Assembly: GCA_964187785.1 (NCBI GenBank) | Contig: OZ076409.1 | Span: 20,028,001-20,092,000 of the forward strand | From: Amphiscolops sp. MND2022 | Lineage: Eukaryota | DNA length: 64,000 bases | Direction: 5' to 3' | Shown: positions 52,070 through 63,009 of the stretch, piece after piece | Numbering within the stretch: the stretch's first letter is position 1 | Layout: every line of letters starts with the position of its first letter | Notes under the pieces: generated by a model | Told to the model about the DNA's origin: nothing | What the model saw: only the letters and a program-made list of their open reading frames with translations | Database searches by the model: none | Position numbers and translations under genes: made by a program

Positions 52070-54388
52070 TTATTTTGGCTTTACCACGTACTCGTCTATG
52101 CCAAAGCGCACTGGCGGTCGACGATTCCGTGTGGTTTCTATCATCAGCGAATCTGAACGTTCGCTTTCGTTGTCCTCCTCATCTGGAGGAGGCGGAGTAT
52201 TTCTACTCTCGTGTATTTCTTCATAAACGGGACATGATGATTCCTCTGATGGTTCGGGGACATCTATATACATGGGACGATTTATCAGAGAAACCTCTTG
52301 GTCGTTTTCGGTGCTTATCACGCGGGGAACGTCGTGGAACGACACGTGCGGCCAATTTCTATTGGCTTGGGTTTCCGCCGAAGTAAGGCGAAACACATGA
52401 TACGGTCTATTTTCGGTCTCTTGGTCGGATGAATCGGATTCATCTGCGACTTCTTCATAACTCGGTAGCGTTTTTGTCGCCACTCGTTCGGATCGTTTCG
52501 GCAAGGATTCGCCAAGATACGGTTTGAGACGATTAAAATGGATATTTTGCCACTTTTCCGGGCAACCTGGCTTGCAAATCTGATAGTTCACTTCACTTGT
52601 CTGACTCAATACTTCATATGGACCGTGCCAAGGGAGATGGAACTTTCGGGATTTCGCTTTGTGTGGCTCGAATAACCACACTCGGTCTCCTATTTTAAAA
52701 CTTTCTCCATGGAACTTTTTCTGATAATAATCCTTCTGACGACGTTGTTCTTTCCCCATAGTCAGTTGCGCATGACTATGTACTTCGAATAGTTTATCAC
52801 TCAACTCAGCTCCTACCTCACCTAATTCTAAACGGGGGTCGCCAGGAGGCTTTGGATAGAACAAATCGATCGGATATTGTGCTTCTCTGCCGTACAACAT
52901 CGAGAACGGGGTCGTACCGAGAGTCTTATGTACGGTGGTATTGTACACAAAATTGACGTGGGGTAAGTAGAGATCCCACTCCTGCGGTTTTTCGGCGCAA
53001 TACTTAGAAATAGTATCGGCAATCACTCTATTGAATCTTTCTCCTTGACCATTTCTTTGGGGATGGTATGGAGAAGTCCTAGTTTTATCGATCATGAAAA
53101 CTTGGCAAATATCTTTCATTACTTCGCTGTTGAAGTTAGTTCCTTGATCCGTATGTAAAGTATCGGTAGCCCCAAATTTCAAGATCCACTCTTCGACTAA
53201 GGTCGTGTCCACCGTCTTAGCCGTCATGTCTTTCAAAGGAACGGCAACCGCATACTTTGTATACAAATCCGATATGACTAAAATGTATCGCGCCTGTGAC
53301 TTTTTCGCTAGCGTTACGGGTCCCAAGATATCTGCTGCAACAATACGAAACGGCGCCTTTTCTTCAATTGTTTGCAAATGAGTTTTTCGACTTTTTCCCG
53401 CCGTTGATCTAGCCGCGCAACGCGTGCATTTTGCAAAATACTTTTCTACACTTGACCTGAGACCAGGCCACCAAAATCTCTGTTTAATCCTTGATAACGT
53501 TTTCTCGGCTGCAAAATGACCTCCGCTAAGAGGGGAGTCATGTAACTGATGTAACACTTCGGCTCTCATAGTCGAAGGAACTACTGCCTGCCATATTTCA
53601 CGTTCACGATTGCTAGGTTTCCATTTTCGATAAAGTACTCGATTTGCCAGCGCTAGCTGGTCCCAATTGCTCCAAAGTTCTAACGCTCCTGGACAACTCC
53701 ATCCTAATGCTACTTCTCGGGGGATGGGGTTGGGCCCTAAATCTTTCAATGTACCATCTATCCGAATTCCACGTCTAACCATATAACGGAATAGTAATCC
53801 CGTACTACGATCGCTTCTCTGACCATACGCTAGGTCACTATCTGATCTAGTCCATGAGATATGCCCCCCCACTTGCTCTGATACTAACATTTCTTCAGGG
53901 GTAACGACGGAACAGGCGGAATCTACACTTGATGAACGCGGGGTACCTCGTCTTGCCGAAGTCGAAGGGTACAATTGCTCTTGGTCTCTCGGTGTATACA
54001 CGGAGATCGTAAAAGACGAATCTTGAAACACAACCTCTAGACAAATAGCTACATTTACCCATTCTAGTTCGTCGTCGACGCAACCTATTCTAGGTATTGC
54101 AAGTTTGGAAATTCCGTGGGAACTAGCATGTTCTTTCACTCTCAATAGACTTTCTTTTAATACATCGTATTTGGCAACTTCTCCTTTACAATGCTTGGTG
54201 ATCAATATGTACACATATTGTCCTTTTTCAACATCTTGGTACACTAGAAAACCTCCAACACGATTTACCGACTCTGCGAGAGGCGGTAAATGGGAATACT
54301 TTTTTACGAACGATTTCATGGGAGCAGTGGCTACTCTCATGTCGGCAGATACACACAAAACTAAGGAATCGGGGGATTCGAAAAATCT
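52070..54388 (-). CDS. pol: Pol C-terminal part: TARG1/OARD1-like macrodomain plus integrase
   Basis: Macro: DSLVLCVSAD...YVYILITK...LAIPRIGC..D.LEW...ISVY. Integrase: H-H-C-C, ADILGP, TDQGTNF, ERFNR, WHGPY. Confidence 0.93.
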   Translation of the reverse strand, partial: RFFESPDSLVLCVSADMRVATAPMKSFVKKYSHLPPLAESVNRVGGFLVYQDVEKGQYVYILITKHCKGEVAKYDVLKESLLRVKEHASSHGISKLAIPRIGCVDDELEWVNVAICLEVVFQDSSFTISVYTPRDQEQLYPSTSARRGTPRSSSVDSACSVVTPEEMLVSEQVGGHISWTRSDSDLAYGQRSDRSTGLLFRYMVRRGIRIDGTLKDLGPNPIPREVALGWSCPGALELWSNWDQLALANRVLYRKWKPSNREREIWQAVVPSTMRAEVLHQLHDSPLSGGHFAAEKTLSRIKQRFWWPGLRSSVEKYFAKCTRCAARSTAGKSRKTHLQTIEEKAPFRIVAADILGPVTLAKKSQARYILVISDLYTKYAVAVPLKDMTAKTVDTTLVEEWILKFGATDTLHTDQGTNFNSEVMKDICQVFMIDKTRTSPYHPQRNGQGERFNRVIADTISKYCAEKPQEWDLYLPHVNFVYNTTVHKTLGTTPFSMLYGREAQYPIDLFYPKPPGDPRLELGEVGAELSDKLFEVHSHAQLTMGKEQRRQKDYYQKKFHGESFKIGDRVWLFEPHKAKSRKFHLPWHGPYEVLSQTSEVNYQICKPGCPEKWQNIHFNRLKPYLGESLPKRSERVATKTLPSYEEVADESDSSDQETENRPYHVFRLTSAETQANRNWPHVSFHDVPRVISTENDQEVSLINRPMYIDVPEPSEESSCPVYEEIHESRNTPPPPDEEDNESERSDSLMIETTRNRRPPVRFGIDEYVVKPK

Positions 54389-56874
54389 CTAGGTGGGTGA
54401 GAAATTTGCATTTTCAAATGCCGAGCTACATCCGCTGAGTTTTCCAATTTCTCACGAGCTTTGGTTCGGGCGGCTCGAAGATCGCGTTCGGCTTCAAACA
54501 AAGCACTATCAAATTCGGTGAATTCGGGAATCGGTCCTCTTAACGCATCTTCTTCGCCGGGGAGCCATTGGGGTACGTCATTCGGTCGTCGACTAAGGCC
54601 GTCCGCATTACAATATTTATCACCTGGACGATGTACTATTTGATAGTCATACTCCTGAAGTTTCTGAACCATTCGAAAAGTCATTCCATCCGCATTTTGC
54701 CTAAACAACCATTGAAGACTAGCATGATCTGTGCGAATAATACATTTGGATCCGTAAATGTACGGTCTGAACCACTGGACGGCTTGAACTACACCTAGCG
54801 CTTCTCTTTTGGTTGTTGCATAATTTACCTCCGTTTTAGTTAGAACTCGCGACTCAGAGGCAATTGGATACTCTATCCCATCGATCACTTGCGACAAAAC
54901 TGCGCCGAGCGCCGTATCACTAGCATCGGTATCAATAATGAACGGAAGTTAAAAATTTGAAAATGCCAAAATTGGAGCTTCTAACAATCTTTTCTTCAGC
55001 GTTCGGAACGCTTTGTCATGTTCTTCGGTCCATGTGAACTTTAATCCTTTGCTCGTCAACAAATAAAGTGGCCTAGCCATTTCCGCGAAGTTTTGGACAA
55101 ACTTCCGATAATAGTTGCAGAAGGCAACAAATGAGCGAACTCCGGTGACGTCGGTCGGAGGCTCCCATTCGCGTATTGCCGCTAACTTTTTCGGATCTGG
55201 TTGGATCCCTTCCTTGTTAATCACATGACCTAGATAGTGGACCTCGGTGCGGAATAAGTTGCATTTCTTCGGTTTAAGACGTAAACCGGCTTTGCGCAAA
55301 ACTATAAACACCTTTTCTAAATGCTCCAAACGTTCTTCTGGAGTTTTGCTAAACGTTAGCACATCATCTAGGAATATGAGCACATGTTTATATAGATCTT
55401 CTTTAAAAATGTCGTTCATGTTCCGTTGGAAAGTTGGCGGGGCGTTCGTTAAGCCAAAAGGCATTTTCAAACACTCAAATAACCCTCCATCCGGAGTACA
55501 AAATGCCGTTTTGTGCCGGTCTTCGGTCGCGACTGGAATCTGCCAATTGCCACTTGCTAAATCGAGAGACGAGAAGACTCCCGCCCCTTGCAGTGCATCA
55601 ATCGTTTGACCGATCCGAGGCAACGGATACGCGTCCTTTACGGTAAGGTCGTTCAACTTTCGATAATCTATACACATTCGGTTTGAGCCGTCTTTCTTAG
55701 GCACCATTACTATGGGGCTGCTGAAAGGACTTTTACTCGGTACGATCACTCCTTTCTCAAGCATCTCGCGAATTTCTTCACGAACGGCTTCTAATTTATG
55801 CGGAGCAATTTTGTAGGGCGAAATTTTGAACGGTATCGCATCGCCTATGTCTATGCGGTGTTCTATTCCTACAGCGGTTCCTAACGGGTCTGAAGGCAGT
55901 GAAAACACATCTCTGTAATCACGAATCAAATCTCGCAATTTTTCCTTTTTTTCGGCATTCTCGAGTCCAGGGGTGGCTAAATTTAAAATTTCGTCAACTT
56001 CCTGTTCGAGTTTTTCGTTTATTTCGGAGGCCGCTGATACTGTGTCAGGACCGGGTACCATTTCGCAAACAAATGCGTCATCTTCCGGCGGGGGAACATG
56101 ACCGCTTAGGACTTGCATGGGTACTTTGATGATGAAACCATCATCTTTGGGGATCGTTAGTTTTTGTTCGACTAAGTCAGTCGAGCATTGATTTTCCATC
56201 ATGAATTTTAAGCCAATCATGATCTCAGGGTAGAGATCTTCCACAACCACGAATTCATCGGAAGCGACGCACGTTCCGATTTTAACTTCTGCTTTTACGA
56301 TACCTTTGGTAGGCATCTCGTTGGCTATTGGGCCTGTTAAACGACTGGGATTGGGGGCTATTGGGTTACCAATAGTCTTAGCCAATTCCAAACTCATCAA
56401 ACTTCTACTCGCACCAGTGTCTATCATGGCCCAACAGCGTAGGCTTTCGACTTCATAGGGGATTAAAAGCGTGGCCCCTGGAATGTATTGACTATGGGTC
56501 AGTTTTCTCGATTTTACCTCATCAGACCGGGCCTGAGTTGGAAATTCTCGTTCTTTCTTGGAAAAAATTTTCACAGAGCCAGGCTCTGCTTGTTTATCCT
56601 CAAAAAGATTTCGTATGGGGGGACTATTTACAACAGGGGTATGGGATTCTTTTGGGAAACAACCTCCTGGGCCAAACTCATCACTCATTTGTTTCCAAGT
56701 TTCGGGGTCGATCCGCCTACTGCGATTGCGCTGTCGCAAACGGCTATCGTTACTCCTAGATCTAGAACGAACACGCTGACTTGTTTGTGGAAAATTTGTA
56801 GCAGCTGGGGAAGGGATGGAATCCCAAGCGCGAGTAGAGCCTGCTACTGCATACTCGGCTGTCGGTAGTTTAAA
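54389..56874 (-). CDS. pol: Pol N-terminal part: protease, RT, RNase H (-1 frame to gag; in-frame TAA at 54949; frameshift near 54390)
   Basis: IDTGA; RMCIDYRKLN, MPFGL, FLDD; DTDAS, REAL, TDH, NADGLSR. Confidence 0.95.
56798..56874 (-). promoter_or_regulatory. -1 programmed ribosomal frameshift signal (U UUA AAC plus predicted pseudoknot)
   Basis: Heptamer at 56868-56874 in the correct gag phase. The -1 frame is open into pol. Complementary stems lie downstream. Confidence 0.8.
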
Positions 56875-58244
56875 GAATTAGACTGCGGAAGACTTGGACA
56901 TTGCTTAGCGTAGTGACCTATCGCCTTACAATTAAAACATTCCGCTTCTTCGGGGGGAGGGTGCGAAACATTTAGCTGACCCGACGATCCTACCCTATTT
57001 AGAGGCGCGCGATAGTTAGGATTGAGAGGGGCTTGAAAACGGGGAGCTTGCCAACTCTGAGGCTGCCCACCAACCGGCTTTTGCGAACTTCCTAACTCTC
57101 CTACGATCGCAGATGACATGTCTTTCATACCCTGCATTAGGATTTCGTTTTGTCTGGTCATCATTTCGACTTGTTTTGAGGAACTTTGTTCTAAGTTTTT
57201 CGTTATTTGATCGGTTTGCTTGGATATCTGCTGGCAGATGGAATTTTCGAATCGATCAAAGCGACTTGCCACATTGGTTAAAGATGTTTGAAGGACGGCA
57301 AATTTTTCTTCGATTTGGTTGTTGCTCGAATAGCCAGCTCTCACTAGATCGGGATCCTCGTATTCGTCGTACGAATAACGCAATTTATCCAGTTTTCGCT
57401 CTCTTTTTGATTCGTGAGTCTTGTGGATTATTTCGAGTTCCTGTGCTCTTTGCAAAGTTTCCCCGAAATCACGGTCACGCTCGTCTTCATACAAACTAAG
57501 TTGTATTCGCGAATCAAAAAGCCCTTCAATAAATTGATCTCTCATATCGCGTTCTCTTTCCCGGAGCGGTTTTTCAGGAAAGGCTATATCAGCGAGTTGA
57601 CGTACTCTTCTCGAGTAGTCTCTTAGGTCTTCATTTTCCCATTGTTTAACTGCTTTAAATTCCGACCGTGTAGCTCGCTGACTGCGATATTGCTGCATTT
57701 TGGGTTTCAAAATTTCAAGTAGTTCATCAAACCGTGGGGGATAAGAACCTGGTTCTTTTTCAACATATCTTTGGGGGACAGTTTCAAATTCTTCAATAGC
57801 CCACGATGTTAAACAAGTAGGCATTGCTGCAATTTTTTGACTATCATTCCACCCATTTGCTTTAGCAACTGCTTTGAAGTGTTTTACCCAGCTTTCCCAG
57901 CGGTTGTAATCTTTGCCGGGGAACTTTTCTGGTTTTATTGGCGACTTTTCATATAAAGGTTTTTGTCTTCTTTTGGATTCATTTTCCAGAACCATGGAGT
58001 CGTCAGAATCTAGGTCTGCTTCCATTTTGAATCTTTTAATTTCTTTTTCCATTTCTTTCAATCGCCGATAAGCATCTCTTTTACACTCCTTTTCCGTGGC
58101 GGCCAATCCTACGAAGGAAAGTTTAGTGGACTTACTGAGGAGTGGTTTACTACCACCTGTGACGGGAGTATGGGTGCCGTTGGGATCTTCTTGGGTGACG
58201 GGGGAAATCTGCTGATCGTTGTTGTCGTCTCCAGACATCGTCAA
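56844..58244 (-). CDS. gag: Gag with CCHC zinc knuckle (first ATG at ~58238)
   Basis: PEKFPG..WESWVKHF...ANGW capsid-like region; CFNCKAIGHYAKQC. Confidence 0.95.
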   Translation of the reverse strand: MTMSGDDNNDQQISPVTQEDPNGTHTPVTGGSKPLLSKSTKLSFVGLAATEKECKRDAYRRLKEMEKEIKRFKMEADLDSDDSMVLENESKRRQKPLYEKSPIKPEKFPGKDYNRWESWVKHFKAVAKANGWNDSQKIAAMPTCLTSWAIEEFETVPQRYVEKEPGSYPPRFDELLEILKPKMQQYRSQRATRSEFKAVKQWENEDLRDYSRRVRQLADIAFPEKPLRERERDMRDQFIEGLFDSRIQLSLYEDERDRDFGETLQRAQELEIIHKTHESKRERKLDKLRYSYDEYEDPDLVRAGYSSNNQIEEKFAVLQTSLTNVASRFDRFENSICQQISKQTDQITKNLEQSSSKQVEMMTRQNEILMQGMKDMSSAIVGELGSSQKPVGGQPQSWQAPRFQAPLNPNYRAPLNRVGSSGQLNVSHPPPEEAECFNCKAIGHYAKQCPSLPQSNSLNYRQPSMQ

Positions 58245-58329
58245 GAAGGGTTCGGCAACTCAAAGGGGTGAAGGGAAGATAAGGGAGAGAAGTAAGCAAA
58301 GAAAGAGGAAATAACAAAGACGCAAAGAA

Positions 58330-58348
58330 AGCCCACCCAGGAGCGCCA
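58330..58348 (-). promoter_or_regulatory. Primer-binding site, probably tRNA-Asn
   Basis: Plus strand agcccacccaggagcgcca resembles the animal tRNA-Asn(GTT) 3' end plus CCA, 1 nt from the LTR. Confidence 0.8.
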
Positions 58349-58349
58349 A

Positions 58350-61300
58350 TGTAAGATTTTTAGTTTTCCAGTAGCTTTAACTATTTGTTGAGAATAGCTC
58401 CACTACAACTCAATTAAACCCGTAGGTACCATGCACGAGACAAGGACTGGCTGAGTATCTACATAAATTTTTATTAACTCCGAAGAAGAGACGAATCAAC
58501 TCAATTGAAGGCGGTGGGGGTAAGTGTGACAAGGAAATCACGATCTTTACAATTTTGCTATTTTTCCCTCTTTCAGGGGTTTGTCTCGCTACTCTTGGAC
58601 TGTTTGAAATTATCTTTTCGCTGATGAAAAGAAGCAGGTTGAACTTTAATTACTATACATCAAACAAATAAGTCGAGTAATAGACACAAATACAATTTCA
58701 CATCCACGAATAATAGAATGAGTAATATGATAACATCGATAATAGCGGAGAATATTACTGAGTATATTAGGAGGCATATTAGGAGGCATATTAGGAGGCA
58801 TATAACACAAGAGAACAGTATACAAGAATTTCAGCAAGGTTAAGTTTTTGTATCCGTAAGGATGGGGGTGATATCGAAGATATCGGAAGAATCAACTCGC
58901 AGCAAAATCTCTATCGGTCTTGGAGTGAAAAAAACAACAATCCGTGTATTATCAGCCCACTTAGGCTCAACCGTGTATTATCAGCCCACTTAGGCTGAAA
59001 CCGTGTATTATCAGCCCACTTAGGCTCAACCGTGTATTCTCAGCCCACTTAGGCTCAACCGTGTATTATCAGCCCACTTAGGCTCTTTTACATGTAATAC
59101 GATAGACCAGCAGTCCACCCTACTCCCGGGTCGAAATCCGTACTAGCGAAAAGCGGGGTAGCAACAATTCAGGCAACTTCAGGTTGTTAGGCTGAAGGCA
59201 CGGGCTAACCGGCCAGACGAAGTAAATCTGCAATTTCGATAGTCCGGCGTCTGATGCGGGAAGCTATCGGACGCAAAGCAGCAAACCGTTCTCTAGATTT
59301 CAACTCACTTTGTGTGTCGCTAAAATGGCACACACTTCGGCCTGAGTTACTTTTTCGGCAGTTTAGTCATATCATTCTTCATAGTTTATCATCTTTCCTT
59401 TTTCGGGTTCTGACTAAGTGTTGAGCAATAGAGTTTTTTCCTACTTCGGTACTGAAAGTTCATTAGAAGTACATTTTCTCAGCACGAGTCGGTCCTAGTT
59501 CCACCTCCTTGTCAATCATGACTGATGGTTTTACTTCGTTTTCAATAGAATTTAAGGGGTGGTGCTACTGACTCGGTGTTTCCCACTTTTGTAAGCACGA
59601 CTTGAACTTCGGCTTACTGATTGACATTTGCACCTTTTGCCAGGTCTTTTTTTCTCACGCGGTTCCTGACAACTCTCTCCAGCTAAATCTGGCTGAAGGA
59701 AATAATTTTCTACAATTTACAATGACCTAAAAGGCGATTTTAATTCATATCTAAAGAAATCGATTTTTGTGTTACAACTTCTAAGGGCAAAAACTAGGTA
59801 TTCCGATCACGGGGGGCAAAAATTAAAAACACTATTTAAAAGGACAATCCAAGGGCTACAAAAGCTTGCTCCATGGTTTTCTTTCTATTTCAACTCCTTC
59901 ATGGTGAAAAACGCCTTTAAAGTTTGGTAGTCAAAAATCGCCCGTCGGTTTTCACGCAAATCTCAACTTTGGAGTGCTAGTACTCAGTCAATTTGAAAGA
60001 TACAGGCTGGGGGCATATACACATCGTTAGCCCAAGCCATTAGGAGTATTTTGCACTTTAGATGAGGTCTCTAGCTTGTCTCAACAAAATTTGATAGTAC
60101 TTTTTCTGAAAGTAGTCATTTTCCCGATTTTTATGTCTGGACTTTCAATTTTGGAGGTCAATATCTCGAAACCAAGGCATTTTTCGGAAAAACGCTTCTG
60201 CTAAACGCTGTGCGCCTGGGTCTTGTGCGTCTACCCTGAAAGTTTCAGTTCGATATCGCCCAAAACGTGCGGGGGGGAGTTCGCATTTTGGTAGGTCGAC
60301 ATCCCTATCGGCGGAAAGAAATCACAACTTTAAATTCTTGGGGGTTCTTCGCTAGCGCGCCGCAGCACTCTATTTATTATTCTACTCACTCCTCCACTTC
60401 AATTCTCAAGTACGCTGTGAAGGGGGCGGCTATTGTGCGCTTACTCGTTGAGTACTAAGCGATAACATGTGAAAAACAGCTTTTTAGGCCATTTTAGGGC
60501 TGTTTTTAACGTTTGCTGGCTCAGTTCTCAAAAACTACTGAATATTATTTATTTTCCAATTAACACAAGTTAGGGCATTCATTTATCTTTAATTTAGGCC
60601 ATATCCGAACAATTTCTGACAACTGTAGCGATCACACAAAATTTTTAAAGGAAACTCAATTTTGGAAAATCGTCAAAATTTTATATGCACTTATTTTCAA
60701 AGCTTCCCCCGATATGTTCCCGGGGTCGCACGACGCTCATATTCTCAACTTAAGCTCTCCTTTAGACGGGCTGTCGAATGCTGAAAACCGTTTGTCGATA
60801 TCTTTTTCCATCTTCGAGAAATCGCGTTTTGATTTTTAATTTGCATTAAGAGAGGGGATAATTCCAAAGTGTGCGGCGGCCGTTTCTTATTAGCTATGTG
60901 TACAGCCACTCACAGCGCGTTCTTAATTTCATTACTTTCGCTTTCTGACACGCTTAGCTGAGTTGCATTCTATGCTGTTCACGCACACAGCGGAGTTTTC
61001 ACTCTCGCTTACCCTCAAACACATGTATTAACATAGTAATTTGGCTAAATCTCTATTCTCAGTCAATGATGACTTTAGGTTCAATTTTTGTGGGAATACG
61101 TTGGTTTAAAGTTCCTAAATGTTTACTCAACACGTAGTCAGGTCAGAAAGGAACATTTTGGTGGTTTAATTTTTCTTATATTCGCAATAGGTATTGAGAA
61201 ATTCAATGTTAAAGTTTCGTTCCGAATAGAATTTTCTTACATAGGTTTAGGTGGTGGCGGCCGTCTCACTGCATTAATAAGTTGCGCGGTCGCTTCATAG

Positions 61301-61493
61301 CAGCTAAGAATGGTTATTTTAGTTGTCCGCGAGACTAAAGACAATATTATTGACATTAAACAATAGTGTGAGGTACTTGAAGTACTTACTGTAATCTTTA
61401 CTTTTATACGATATCACCTCGTAAAATCTACCTTGCTGATGGACTAAAATTTAATAAACACCAAATCATGAGCGAAAAGTCAAAAATCCTACA
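58350..61493 (-). repeat. 5' LTR (3144 bp)
   Basis: Near-identical to 47367-50514. Confidence 0.97.
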
Positions 61494-63009
61494 ACAGCTG
61501 AAAGAAGTCCCTCAGAAACAAATAGTGTAACATGCCACAGTATCGCGATCACTTTTTCCACAGATTCAGCTTGGTTGTCGTTCAGTTTGTGTTGTGTAAG
61601 TATTTCCAATGACGTCAAGCCACAGAACAAGTTTCGATTTGCCTTTCAGATTTCTACATTTCAAAAGTTCAACCCTGGTGTGATGAAAAGAGTTGAGTCT
61701 CGATGCTTTAGCAGTAGAAACAAGCCGGAAGGGCCGAAGTCGCTGCCCCACTGGAGGTTCAAAAAACCACGTTTTTTTAAGAAATGCAAGGGTACGCAAT
61801 TTTTAAACTTATAACAAGCTTACAGTGCCGGAACATGCTAAATAAGATACTCATAATCTTCAAAATCCGCGTTTCCCCCAACTGGAAACTTCGAAAACCC
61901 CAATTCTTGAAAATGAACATCTTTCCAGAAGTGTTGGAAGAAAATCTTATAGTGCCAAAAAACGAGCTCAATGCTCGCAAAACGTTTTTTTTTCAAGCCA
62001 AATACATTTTGCAAAATGAAGGAGTGCCCAAATGAATTCGACCAAATAATTTTCTTCTATGAAAAGTGTCATGTCTTGTCCACGGTCTTTGAGAACACTC
62101 TCATCAGTTCAACAGGACCATAAAAAAACCCAAAAACGTCACCCTTAAATCTCAGGAAGCGGTTTTCTCAAACATAACTTTTCGTAGATGGGCTCTTTGT
62201 AAACACATTCCTGAAAACTCAATTTAAGGAGAGGGACAAGTAGAGAGAAAGATAGAGAGATGTTGAGAAATTTGAAATGTTTTGAAAATTTGTGGAATAT
62301 TTTAATATTATAAAGAAGATTATCAACTTGGCAGTTTGTATGATTATATTAGAAATGATCATCTTTTTCTGAATATTTTCCGCCCGCATTAAATGGGGGA
62401 GGAAAATCATAATCGGTGTTGCGTGTCCCTTCGACCTCACCTATAGTTACTTGACTATTTTAGTTACCAGAAACTAAAATAGACAAGTAAGTAAAACAGC
62501 TTAGAGGGGGGAATGATATCTAAAGTCAAAAATGAAAATGAGATCTATAGGAAATGAGATCTAAACTATCAGAACGGGATTAATATCTAAAGGGAATAAG
62601 ATCTAAAATCACTAGATTGAGAACTTATAATTTATATCCTATTCCCCCTCCCAAAATAGCAAGAAGCGGAAAATATCCTCCCAAAAGAAGGCGGAAAATA
62701 TCCCAGTGCTTAGCGGGCGTCTTGTTGATGTTTGTAAACAAATTTTTGAAATCTCTCAAGACGTGTCTGGCTCCGGATCTTTTTCTCTCAGCACCCAAAA
62801 GCGACTTGCGTTAGCAGAGGTGATATCAACAAAGAAAGAGACGCTCTTCTCTCCACACTCGAGTGTGCAACTTCACATTTTTATAGTAGCGGAAGATTAC
62901 AAATTGTTAGGCCTAAGAAATATTTCAAAATTTCAAAACTGGACTTGATATCAAACGAAATGATCTTTACTTTAAATTTTGTATAACAAACAGTTTGTAA
63001 AACTGCTCA

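Larger units (their letters stand above)
47367..61493 (-). mobile_element. Full-length Ty3/Gypsy LTR retrotransposon (14.1 kb) with a macrodomain in pol
   Basis: Paired LTRs with TG...CA ends, TSD ACAGC (47362-47366, 61494-61498), PBS, PPT, and the order gag-PR-RT-RH-macro-IN. Confidence 0.98.
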
